Positions 34,701 to 42,171 of a DNA stretch of 64,000 nt are shown one piece after another. The position numbers and the translations under genes are program-made. The DNA is from Quadrisphaera sp. (GTDB taxonomy: Bacteria; Actinomycetota; Actinomycetes; Actinomycetales; Quadrisphaeraceae). Every line of letters starts with the position of its first letter. The stretch's first letter is position 1. Where the stretch lies: the NCBI GenBank assembly GCA_029257185.1, contig JARICT010000082.1:9100-73099 (forward strand). Reading direction: 5' to 3'. The notes under the pieces are model-generated. The model was not told where the DNA came from. It did no database searches and saw only the letters and a list, made by a program, of their open reading frames with translations.

Positions 34701-35621
34701 GTGTTCACCGTCGTCGGAGAAGCCCTGGTGGACCTCGTCGGCGAGGACGGTGGGTCGACCTTCACCGCGCACCCGGGCGGCAGCCCGGCCAACGTGGCCA
34801 TCGGGCTGGCCCGCCTGGGGGGGTCACCGGTGCGCCTGGTCACCCGGCTGGGGGAGGACCCCTTCGGCGCGCTCGTCCGCGGCCACCTGGAGTCCGAGGA
34901 CGTCGGGGTCGACGCGGGGGAGGCGGACGGCACCCAGACGTCGCTGGCGATCGCCTCCCTCGAGGGGGGCGCGGCCACGTACGACTTCCGCATCCGCTGG
35001 GACGTCCAGGACCTCGCCGAGGTCGAGGCGGGCACGGTGGCGCTGCACACCGGGTCGCTGGCGACGGCGCTGCCCCCGGGCGCCGGCGCCGTCCTGGACC
35101 TGCTGGCGCGCACCAGCGAGCGGGGTCGCGTGACGATCTCCTACGACCCGAACGTGCGGCCCACGCTGCTGGGCTCCCCCCAGGACGCCCGGGCGGGCAT
35201 CGAGGAGATCGTCGCCCTCGCCGACGTCGTCAAGGTCAGCGACGAGGACCTGGCGTGGCTCTACGACGGGGAGGCCGACGCGGACGTGGCCCGCCGCTGG
35301 CAGGCCAGCGGGCCGGCGCTCGTCGTGGTCACCCGCGGCGGCGACGGGGTGATCGGCCTCACGGCCGGCGTGGAGGTCGAACGGCCGTCCCGCGTCGTCG
35401 ACGTGGCCGACACCGTCGGCGCCGGTGACTCCTTCACCGCGGGGCTGCTCGACGGCCTGCGTCGCGCCGACCTGCTGGGCGGGGGGAGGCGCGAGGCGCT
35501 GGTCGGCGTCGACGAGCAGACCCTCGCCGGCGTCCTCGACCGGGCCGCGGCCGCCGCGGGCATCACCGTCTCGCGCGCCGGGGCCGACCCGCCGACCGCA
35601 CGGGAGCTGGACGAGGGCTGA
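34701..35621 (+). CDS. PfkB-family sugar kinase (fructokinase-like)
   Basis: VVGEALVDLV....F.AHPGGSPANVA..LARLG at the N-terminus and DTVGAGDSFTAGLL (GAGD motif) later. The GTG start is preceded by GGAGG. Confidence 0.8.
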   Translation: MFTVVGEALVDLVGEDGGSTFTAHPGGSPANVAIGLARLGGSPVRLVTRLGEDPFGALVRGHLESEDVGVDAGEADGTQTSLAIASLEGGAATYDFRIRWDVQDLAEVEAGTVALHTGSLATALPPGAGAVLDLLARTSERGRVTISYDPNVRPTLLGSPQDARAGIEEIVALADVVKVSDEDLAWLYDGEADADVARRWQASGPALVVVTRGGDGVIGLTAGVEVERPSRVVDVADTVGAGDSFTAGLLDGLRRADLLGGGRREALVGVDEQTLAGVLDRAAAAAGITVSRAGADPPTARELDEG

Positions 35622-35653
35622 GCGGGCCGGGCACGGTCGCCCTTCCTTCCCCG

Positions 35654-35689
35654 CCCGCAGCCCTCCTCCCGCAGCCCTCCGCCCGCAGC
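35654..35689. repeat. 14-bp tandem direct repeat (about 2.6 copies)
   Basis: CCCGCAGCCCTCCT / CCCGCAGCCCTCCG / CCCGCAGC lies immediately downstream of the pfkB-type kinase stop. Confidence 0.8.
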
Positions 35690-35749
35690 ATCTCGCGCGC
35701 CAAACGCTGCTCAGGCGGGGCCCTGGACAGCGTGTCGCGCGCGAGATGC
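35688..35749. repeat. long imperfect inverted repeat (22-nt arms, 18-nt loop)
   Basis: GCATCTCGCGCGCCAAACGCTG ... CAGCGTGTCGCGCGCGAGATGC. 20 of 22 positions are complementary and the outer 13 bp are perfect. Confidence 0.8.
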
Positions 35750-35794
35750 GTCGGGGAGTCGTCGCGTCGGACGGTGGTGCGGCAGGCTGGGGCG

Positions 35795-36331
35795 GTGAGC
35801 GACTCCCGGCCCCTCATCGTCACCCTCGCGCTCCAGGAGGCTGACCAGGAGCGGCTCGACGCGCTGCGGTCCCGGTGGTTCCCGCGACGCCGCAACCACC
35901 TCGCGGCGCACGTGACGCTGTTCCACGCCCTGCCCGCTCACGCCGAGGCCGGCGTCCGGTCGATGCTGCGGGGCGCCGCGCGCCGTGCACCCTTCGCCGT
36001 GGACGTCGCCGCCGTCCGTCCGCTGGGGCGCGGCGTGGCCCTCGACCTGCGCTCGGACGACCTCGAGCGGCTCCACGCCGGGCTGCTGGACAGCGCCCTC
36101 GACGCGTTCGGCGACGAGGTCACGCGGCAGGACCGGCAGCGCCTGCGTGCCCTCGTGACGGTCGCGAACAAGCTCGACCCGGCCGGTGCCCGCGAGGCGC
36201 TCGAGGCGGTCAGCGCCGGGTTCACCCCCTGGACGGCGCACGCGACCGGTCTGGCCCTGTGGCGCTACGACGGCGGACCGTGGGAGGCCGCCGGCACCGA
36301 GGCCTTCACGTCGGGGCGGGCGACGGCGTGA
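35795..36331 (+). CDS. 2H phosphoesterase / 2'-5' RNA ligase-superfamily-like protein
   Basis: The first motif AHVTLFHAL fits HxT/SxF. The position of the second motif reads ALVTVANK, with no His. The family assignment is tentative. The start is GTG at 35795 (the track start at 35732 lies inside the hairpin). Confidence 0.45.
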   Translation: MSDSRPLIVTLALQEADQERLDALRSRWFPRRRNHLAAHVTLFHALPAHAEAGVRSMLRGAARRAPFAVDVAAVRPLGRGVALDLRSDDLERLHAGLLDSALDAFGDEVTRQDRQRLRALVTVANKLDPAGAREALEAVSAGFTPWTAHATGLALWRYDGGPWEAAGTEAFTSGRATA

Positions 36332-36875
36332 GGTCCTCGAGCCGGTCGTTCTGCTCCCGCGCGAGCAGCCAGCGCTTGAGGTCGGTGCTGCCCGCGTAGC
36401 CGGTGACCCGCCCGCGAGAGCCGACCACCCGGTGGCACGGGACCACCACGCACCGGGGGTTGGCCCCGACGGCGCTGCCCACGGACCGGTGGGCGCTCGG
36501 CCTCCCGACGGCCTCGGCGACCTGCGCGTAGGTGAGCGTCCGCCCGACGTCGATGCCCGCCACGACGTCCCAGACGTCGTGCTGGAAGGCGGTCCCGGGG
36601 ACGGCGCCGAGGGGGACGTCGAACGGTGCCCGCGGGTCGGTGGCCACGGCCAGCACGGCGTCGCGGGCAGCGACCAGGGCGTCGTCGTGCGCCATGGCCG
36701 ACTGCCCCACGAGGACGCCCAGCGTCGCGGCGCCCGGCGCGGGACGGTGCCCGGGCAGGTAGACCCCGACGAGCGCACCGGTGACGTCCACGACGACGCG
36801 CAGCGGACCCAGGGGCGACGGTACGAGCGCGTGGCGTCGGCGGGCATCGGCGCTCACGCTGTCAGCGGTGTCCAT
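36306..36875 (-). CDS. ogt: methylated-DNA--protein-cysteine methyltransferase
   Basis: FQHDVWDVVAGIDVGRTLTYAQVAEAVGRPSA.R.VG.A.GANP..VVVPCHRVV has the PCHR active site. The 3' end overlaps the convergent gene by 26 bp. Confidence 0.8.
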   Translation of the reverse strand: MDTADSVSADARRRHALVPSPLGPLRVVVDVTGALVGVYLPGHRPAPGAATLGVLVGQSAMAHDDALVAARDAVLAVATDPRAPFDVPLGAVPGTAFQHDVWDVVAGIDVGRTLTYAQVAEAVGRPSAHRSVGSAVGANPRCVVVPCHRVVGSRGRVTGYAGSTDLKRWLLAREQNDRLEDLTPSPAPT

Positions 36876-36925
36876 GGGTCCGAGGGTGGTCCTGCTCGCG
36901 GGCGGGGGCGGGCCGTGCCACGGTT

Positions 36926-36967
36926 CCTGTGGACGGTGGCCGGTCCCGGTGGAGGGCCTGTGGACGG
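36926..36967. repeat. 11-bp direct repeat CCTGTGGACGG x2, 31 bp apart, in the divergent ogt / eRF1-like promoter region
   Basis: Exact copies at 36926-36936 and 36957-36967. Confidence 0.7.
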
Positions 36968-36980
36968 AGCCCCGCTGGGC

Positions 36981-37054
36981 GCACGCGCCGGCGGTGCGCT
37001 GTGATGGTGGGGCGGCGCGCCCCCTGCGCGCCGGACGACCGCACGCGCCGGCGG
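36981..37054. repeat. 14-bp direct repeat GCACGCGCCGGCGG x2, 60 bp apart
   Basis: Exact copies at 36981-36994 and 37041-37054. Confidence 0.7.
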
Positions 37055-37108
37055 CCCCGAGGGGCCCGCCGTGACGCGACCCGAGCGAGACCGAAGCGAG
37101 GAACCGAC

Positions 37109-38263
37109 GTGGACGTGACGTCCTTGACCGAGGTGCTGGGCGACCTGGCCCCCACCACCACCACCCTGCTCGACGTGAGCGTCACCAGCGCGACCGGCGT
37201 GCAGGAGCGAGACCTGCGCTGGCGTGACCTGCGCCGCAGCCTCGAGGACGACGGCGCCCCGGCGGCGGACCTCGAGGCCGTCGACGCGGCGGTCGTCGAG
37301 CCCCTCGAGGACGGTGTCGGCGGCGACCTGCAGCGCTTCCTCGCCGTCCGCGGCGGCACGGTGGTCCTCGACCAGCTGCTGCACCAGGCCTCGGTCGACG
37401 GCACGAACGCCGGCAGCACGGGTCTCCTGCCCGACGTCGTGCCGCTGCTGCGCTACGACACCCGGCACGCCAACGTCGTCGTGGTCCGCGCGGACCGTGA
37501 GGGCGCGGACGTCGAGGTGCTCTCCGCCGCGTCCGCGCCCCCGGAGGACACCGAGACCGTCCGCGGCTCGACGCTGTACCTGCAGATGACCCGCAAGGCA
37601 CCGATGGGCGGCTCCGGGTACGAGGAGTCCACCCGGAACACCTGGAGGGGCAACGCGGAGGAGGCCGCGGACGTGGTCGGCTCGATGGTCCGCGAGCACT
37701 CCGCCGCCGCGGTGATCGTCGCGGGCCTGCCGCGCGCCCGCACCCTGCTCGTCGACGCGCTCTCCCTGCCCGAGGGCGTCGAGGTGACCGAGGTCGAGGG
37801 GGAGGCCCGCGCCGAGGGTTCCTCCCAGGTCGCGATCGAGACCACCGTGCTGTCGGGGATGGACGAGCTGGCGGCGCGCACCGAGGACGAGGCCGTGAAC
37901 CGCTGGCGGTCCGTCCACGAGGACCCGGAGACCACCACGCGGTCCACCGGCGACGTCGGCTCCACCGTCAGCGCCCTGCAGCAGGGCCAGGTCGAGGAGC
38001 TGCTGCTCGACGCGGCGTCGCTGCGCTCGCGCACCCTGCTCGTCGGGCCCGCCGGCACCGACATCGCGGCGCCGGGCGGAGTGCAGACCTGGGAGGGCGA
38101 GGCCAGCGAGGTCCCGGCCGACCTGGCCCTCCTGCGGGCGGCCGCCCACACCGGCGCCGACGTCGTCCTCGTCGAGGTCGAGAGCGCCGTGCTCCCCGAG
38201 GGGGTGGGCGCGCGCCTGCGCTGGGCCACCGACGCCGCACCCGGCGGGGGGCCCGCCTCCTGA
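37109..38263 (+). CDS. Rv2629-like bacterial eRF1/Pelota-fold (baeRF-type) protein
   Basis: My recollection of M. tuberculosis Rv2629 shows the same blocks: RWRDLRRSLEDDGAP..LEAV, LPDVVPLLR, VVVVRADREGADVEV, and a C-terminal ..VLVE......EGVGA.LRW. The GTG at 37109 is preceded by GAGGAA. Confidence 0.55.
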   Translation: MDVTSLTEVLGDLAPTTTTLLDVSVTSATGVQERDLRWRDLRRSLEDDGAPAADLEAVDAAVVEPLEDGVGGDLQRFLAVRGGTVVLDQLLHQASVDGTNAGSTGLLPDVVPLLRYDTRHANVVVVRADREGADVEVLSAASAPPEDTETVRGSTLYLQMTRKAPMGGSGYEESTRNTWRGNAEEAADVVGSMVREHSAAAVIVAGLPRARTLLVDALSLPEGVEVTEVEGEARAEGSSQVAIETTVLSGMDELAARTEDEAVNRWRSVHEDPETTTRSTGDVGSTVSALQQGQVEELLLDAASLRSRTLLVGPAGTDIAAPGGVQTWEGEASEVPADLALLRAAAHTGADVVLVEVESAVLPEGVGARLRWATDAAPGGGPAS

Positions 38264-38268
38264 CGCAC

Positions 38269-38307
38269 GACGGCCGCGGCGTCCCCGGTGGGGAGGCCGC
38301 GGCCGTC
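38269..38307 (+). terminator. strong GC hairpin after the eRF1-like gene
   Basis: GACGGCCGCGGC-(15 nt)-GCCGCGGCCGTC is a perfect 12-bp stem starting 6 nt after the stop at 38263. There is no U-tract. Confidence 0.5.
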
Positions 38308-38368
38308 GCACCGCGGCGACCGGGGGATCGGCCGGGCGGACGTCGCACCTCCTTGGCACAGTGACGGC

Positions 38369-39712
38369 ATGACGTCCATCCCTCCCGCCGGCTCCACGAC
38401 CGACCGTCCGGGCCCGTCCGAGCGCCGCTACGACGTGGTGGTGCTCGGCGCCACCGGTGTGGCTGGACGCCAGGTGGCGGCGCACCTCGCGGCGCGGGCC
38501 GAGCAGTCCGGGCTCCGCTGGGCCGCCGCCGGCCGTGACCGACGCCGCGTCGAGGAGGCGTTGGCGGAGGTGGGGGTGAGCGGCGACGTCCTCGTCGCCG
38601 ACGTCACCGACACGGCGTCGCTCGACGCGCTCGCGGCATCGACCCTCTCGGTGGCCAACCTCGTGGGCCCCTACACCCAGCGGGCCGAGCCCGTCATCGC
38701 CGCCTGCGTGGCCGCCGGTACCCACTACGCGGACCTCACGGGCGAGACCCCGCACGCCCGGGACATGGTGGACCGCTGGCACGTGCCAGCGCTGACCGCC
38801 CGCGTGAAGGTGGTGCAGATCGCCGGTTTCGAGGCTCTGCCGTTCGACGTCGGGGTGCTCCTCGCGCACGAGGCGGCGGCCGCTGCTGGCGAGACCCTCG
38901 TCGAGGCCGACGCGCTGCTCTCGACGAAGGTGACGCCGAGGATCACCCGCCTGTCCGACGGCGTCTCCGGCGGGACCTTGCAGTCCATCGCCCTCGTCCT
39001 CGCCGAGGAGGAGCCCCTCGACGTCGCCGACCCCGCGATCCTGCTCCCCGGGCTCCGCGACGACGCCGCCGCTGCGCTCCGGCGACGCAGCCCCCTGCGG
39101 CTGCGTCCGCGCTCGCGCGGGGGGTCGGTGGTCTCCCCGATGATCCCCGCGGCCTTCATCAACCCCCCGGTCGTCGCGCGCACCGCCGTGCTGCTCTCCG
39201 CCGAGGGCGCCCGCACCGAGGAGCCGCTGACCTACCGCGAGGGCAGCGCCGTCGGCGCGAGCTCCTCGCGGCGGGCGTGGGCGGCCGCCTGGGGCGTCAC
39301 CGCTCTCCAGGCGGCGCTGGTCGCCGCGACGCGGCTGCCCCACCCCGTGAGGAAGGTGCTCGCCGCGCTGCTCGCCCGGGTGCTGCCCGGCTCGGGGACG
39401 GGCCCGACCACCCGGGAGGTCCTCGAGGGGTGGGAGTGGCACGTGGACGTGGCCGGGCGCACCGCGACCGGCGCCGCTGTGAGCGTCCGGGTCGACGGCG
39501 AGGGCCACCCCGGGTACGCGGCGACCTCCAGGATGCTCGCCGAGCTGTGCGCCGCCATGGCCCGCCCCGGCGCCACGCCGAAGCGCTCGGGGGCGCTCAC
39601 GCCGGCGCTCGCGCTGGGGACCGCTGATCTCGAGGGCTTCGCCCGGAGCGGGGTCCGGTTCACGGTGACGCAGGCGCCGGAGCCGGTCGGCACCCGGGCC
39701 GGCGCTGCGTGA
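38369..39712 (+). CDS. saccharopine dehydrogenase-like NAD(P)-binding protein (enoyl-reductase-like)
   Basis: YDVVVLGATGVAGRQVAAHL...VANLVGPY....EPVI.AC...GTHY.DLTGE. The ATG at 38369 was verified. Confidence 0.7.
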   Translation: MTSIPPAGSTTDRPGPSERRYDVVVLGATGVAGRQVAAHLAARAEQSGLRWAAAGRDRRRVEEALAEVGVSGDVLVADVTDTASLDALAASTLSVANLVGPYTQRAEPVIAACVAAGTHYADLTGETPHARDMVDRWHVPALTARVKVVQIAGFEALPFDVGVLLAHEAAAAAGETLVEADALLSTKVTPRITRLSDGVSGGTLQSIALVLAEEEPLDVADPAILLPGLRDDAAAALRRRSPLRLRPRSRGGSVVSPMIPAAFINPPVVARTAVLLSAEGARTEEPLTYREGSAVGASSSRRAWAAAWGVTALQAALVAATRLPHPVRKVLAALLARVLPGSGTGPTTREVLEGWEWHVDVAGRTATGAAVSVRVDGEGHPGYAATSRMLAELCAAMARPGATPKRSGALTPALALGTADLEGFARSGVRFTVTQAPEPVGTRAGAA

Positions 39713-40263
39713 GCGCGGCCCCGGCGCGGTGGCCCGCGCCCGTCAGGCGCCTGGTGGGCGCCAGCACCGACGCGGTGCTCGCCGCTGCGGCCCGGGACGC
39801 CGACGCCCTCGAGGACGCAGGATCCCGCCTGGGGGCGTGCGACCCGGAGCTGGTGCGCGTGCTCCTCGGCCACGTCGTGACCACGGCGCTCAGCGCGGCA
39901 CACCCCGGGGGCCTCGACGGTGACGACGTCGCGGAGGTGCTCACCGCCACCGTGCGGGACGCTGAGCCGTGGTGGCCCGCGGACCCCGAGGTGGTGCTCG
40001 CCGTGCTCCTCGGGGCCGTGGGGGCGCACGTCGACGAGCAGGCTGCGCTCGACCCGCGTGCCGTCGCGGAGCACGCGGCGCTGGTGGCGGCGCACGTCCT
40101 GGACCGCCGCGGCCGACCGCGAGCACCCGCCGACGGCTCGACGCGGCCAGCAGCGGCGCCCTCGGCGGCGGCCGGTCCGGCGGCGCTCCAGCGTGATCTG
40201 GACGCGCACCTGTCCGCCGCCGTCGCCGAGCTCGAGCGGGTGCAGACCGTCGAGATGCCCTGA
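39709..40263 (+). CDS. hypothetical protein
   Basis: The GTG overlaps the upstream stop (GTGA) and third-position GC bias is high. I recognised no family. Confidence 0.4.
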   Translation: MSAAPARWPAPVRRLVGASTDAVLAAAARDADALEDAGSRLGACDPELVRVLLGHVVTTALSAAHPGGLDGDDVAEVLTATVRDAEPWWPADPEVVLAVLLGAVGAHVDEQAALDPRAVAEHAALVAAHVLDRRGRPRAPADGSTRPAAAPSAAAGPAALQRDLDAHLSAAVAELERVQTVEMP

Positions 40264-40346
40264 TCGCCGCGACGCTGGAGCGCTGCGTCCCTGCCGCCTC
40301 CGCTCTCCGGCGAGCACTGAGCGCAGCCCGCCCGTAGCGTGCGCCG

Positions 40347-41306
40347 GTGGCCGCTTCACGGGAGCCGGTGGTGCTCGGGACCTCGTCCCAGACCCCGACC
40401 GCCGAGCGGAACCACAACGGCTACCTCGTGCGCTTCGACGGCGAGGGGATCCTCGTCGACCCGGGGGAGGGCACCCAGCGCCAGCTGCTGCGCGCCGGCG
40501 TCGCGCCGTCGACGATCACCGCCATCGCGATCACCCACGACCACGGCGACCACTGCCTCGGGCTCCCAGGGGTCCTGGCTCGGCTGGCGCTCGACGGCGT
40601 CACCCGGCCGCTGCCCCTGGTCTACCCCTCCGGAGCGGCGGCGCGCGTCGAGGCACTCGTCGACGTGGCCGGTCCGCACGCGGCCCGCGTCGTGGGTCAC
40701 CCGGTCGAGGACGCGGGCAGCTCCCCCGAGGCGATCCTGGCTCTGCCGGCCCGCGGCGGCCCGTCGGGGCGCGACGGCCTGGGCGGTCTGGTGCTCGAGG
40801 CGGCGGCGCTGGACCACCGGGTGCCCACCTGCGGCTACCGGCTGGTGGAGCCGGACGGCGTGACGATGGACCCCTCGGCCCTCGCGGCGCGGGGCATCAC
40901 CGGGCGCGACGTCGGTCTGCTGCAGCGCCGCGGCGCCCTGTCGACGCCCGCGGGCACGGTGGCGCTCGACCAGGTCAGCGCGGTGCGCCGCGGACAGCGG
41001 GTCGCCGTCGTGATGGACACCCGGCGGTGCGACGGGGCGTCGGCCCTCGCCGACCGCGCCGACCTGCTGGTGTGCGAGGCCACCTTCACCGACGCCCACG
41101 CCGACGTGGCCCCGAGGTACGGGCACCTCACCGCCCGTCGGGCGGGTCGCCTCGCCTCCGCGGCGGGGGCGAGGAGGCTGGTCCTCAGCCACTTCTCCCA
41201 GCGGTACCGCAGCCTGGACGACCACGTTCTCCAGGCCCGTGAGGAGCACGACGACGTGGTGGCGGCCGAGGACCTGGTGCGGATCGCCGTTCCTTCACGG
41301 GCATGA
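40347..41306 (+). CDS. rnz: ribonuclease Z / metallo-beta-lactamase fold
   Basis: VVLGTSSQ.PT..RN..GYLV......ILVDPGEGTQRQL......IT.I.ITHDHGDHCLGLPG (the HxHxDH motif) and a C-terminal GHLTA..AG.LA..AGA..LVLSHFSQRY. Confidence 0.75.
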   Translation: MAASREPVVLGTSSQTPTAERNHNGYLVRFDGEGILVDPGEGTQRQLLRAGVAPSTITAIAITHDHGDHCLGLPGVLARLALDGVTRPLPLVYPSGAAARVEALVDVAGPHAARVVGHPVEDAGSSPEAILALPARGGPSGRDGLGGLVLEAAALDHRVPTCGYRLVEPDGVTMDPSALAARGITGRDVGLLQRRGALSTPAGTVALDQVSAVRRGQRVAVVMDTRRCDGASALADRADLLVCEATFTDAHADVAPRYGHLTARRAGRLASAAGARRLVLSHFSQRYRSLDDHVLQAREEHDDVVAAEDLVRIAVPSRA

Positions 41307-41311
41307 GCGGA

Positions 41312-41355
41312 CGCCCACCCACCGCACTTCCTCGAACGAGTGCGGCGGGTGGGCG
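41312..41355. terminator. 17-bp-stem hairpin between convergent rnz and hsp20
   Basis: CGCCCACCCACCGCACT-(10 nt)-AGTGCGGCGGGTGGGCG has one mismatch. A shorter, sequence-related hairpin follows at 41364-41387. Confidence 0.55.
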
Positions 41356-41396
41356 CCTGGGTACCGCACTTCGTCGGACGAGTGCGGCGGGGCGTC
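41321..41396. repeat. ~41-bp tandem duplication carrying the hairpin core
   Basis: ACCGCACTTCCTCGAACGAGTGCGGCGGG versus ACCGCACTTCGTCGGACGAGTGCGGCGGG. There are 2 differences in 29 nt. Confidence 0.75.
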
Positions 41397-41436
41397 GCTG
41401 ACGTCCGTGGCTGCGCGCGGGCTGATCGGCTGAGGA

Positions 41437-41970
41437 TCAGGCCACGGAGGGAGCCTCGGACCGCTCCTCCTCGGAGCCGGACGCCGGGGACCGGTCCGCG
41501 GTGTCCTGGTCCTGGTCCTGGTCCTGGTGCTGGGCCGGTGACGGCGACTCGACGGTCGCGACGTCCGACGTGATCGCCACGGTGTGGGTCTCCGGGACGA
41601 CGGGGGTCGGGAACAGCCCGGTGATACGGACCTGCAGCACGCCGGCCGAGTAGTCGGCGCTCACGGCGTCCTGGGTCATGTCCTCGAGCAGGGTCACGCT
41701 GCGTGAGAAGCGCGCCTCGCGGCGGACACCGCCGGTGGTGCTCCGGCGCACGCCGGCCACCGTGAGCCGGTCGCCGGTCACCGTGACCGAGAGGTCGGCC
41801 GCGGGGTCGAGCCCGGGAACCTCGACGGTGAGGACGCCGTCCTCACCGTCCCGGACCATGTCGACGGTCGGTGCCGCGAGCGTCGCCACGGGCATGAAGC
41901 CCACGCTGCGGCGTGCGGCGCGCGCCACGGGACGCTGCGGGGTGGGGCGGGTGACGAGGTAGGTGTTCAT
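41437..41970 (-). CDS. Hsp20 / alpha-crystallin small heat-shock protein
   Basis: MVRDGEDGVLTVEVPGLDPAADLSVTVTGDRLTVAG.R.........RE..F.RSV.L......D.VSA.Y..GVL.V.I is an alpha-crystallin domain. The ATG at 41970 has GAGGAGAACC upstream. Confidence 0.85.
   Translation of the reverse strand: MNTYLVTRPTPQRPVARAARRSVGFMPVATLAAPTVDMVRDGEDGVLTVEVPGLDPAADLSVTVTGDRLTVAGVRRSTTGGVRREARFSRSVTLLEDMTQDAVSADYSAGVLQVRITGLFPTPVVPETHTVAITSDVATVESPSPAQHQDQDQDQDTADRSPASGSEEERSEAPSVA
41503..41532. repeat. in-frame hexanucleotide repeat (GTCCTG x4 + GTGCTG) inside hsp20
   Basis: It encodes the QDQDQDQD tract in the C-terminal tail. Confidence 0.9.
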
Positions 41971-42025
41971 GGTTCTCCTCGGAAGCGAGACGCAGCGCGG
42001 GGTGCGCCGCTGTCCCCTCGTACAA

Positions 42026-42046
42026 CCTGAGTGTCTCAGACTCAAT
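42026..42046. promoter_or_regulatory. HAIR-like (HspR-associated inverted repeat) operator upstream of hsp20
   Basis: CCTGAGT-N7-ACTCAAT versus the consensus CTTGAGT-N7-ACTCAAG (12/14 match). It lies 56-76 nt upstream of the hsp20 ATG. An extra half-site CTTGAGC is at 42050-42056. Confidence 0.5.
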
Positions 42047-42102
42047 TCCCTTGAGCCTGAGGCGCTGCACCGGGCGTCGGCCGACCGCTGGGACCGGACG
42101 TC

Positions 42103-42141
42103 GCAGGGGCGGTGCCGGATCCCGTCCGACACCGCCCCTGC
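42103..42141 (-). terminator. perfect 12-bp hairpin downstream of nrdB
   Basis: GCAGGGGCGGTG-(15 nt)-CACCGCCCCTGC lies 31 nt past the nrdB stop (42172). Confidence 0.55.
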
Positions 42142-42171
42142 AGCTCACCGTCGCTTCTCAGCGCGGGTCGT

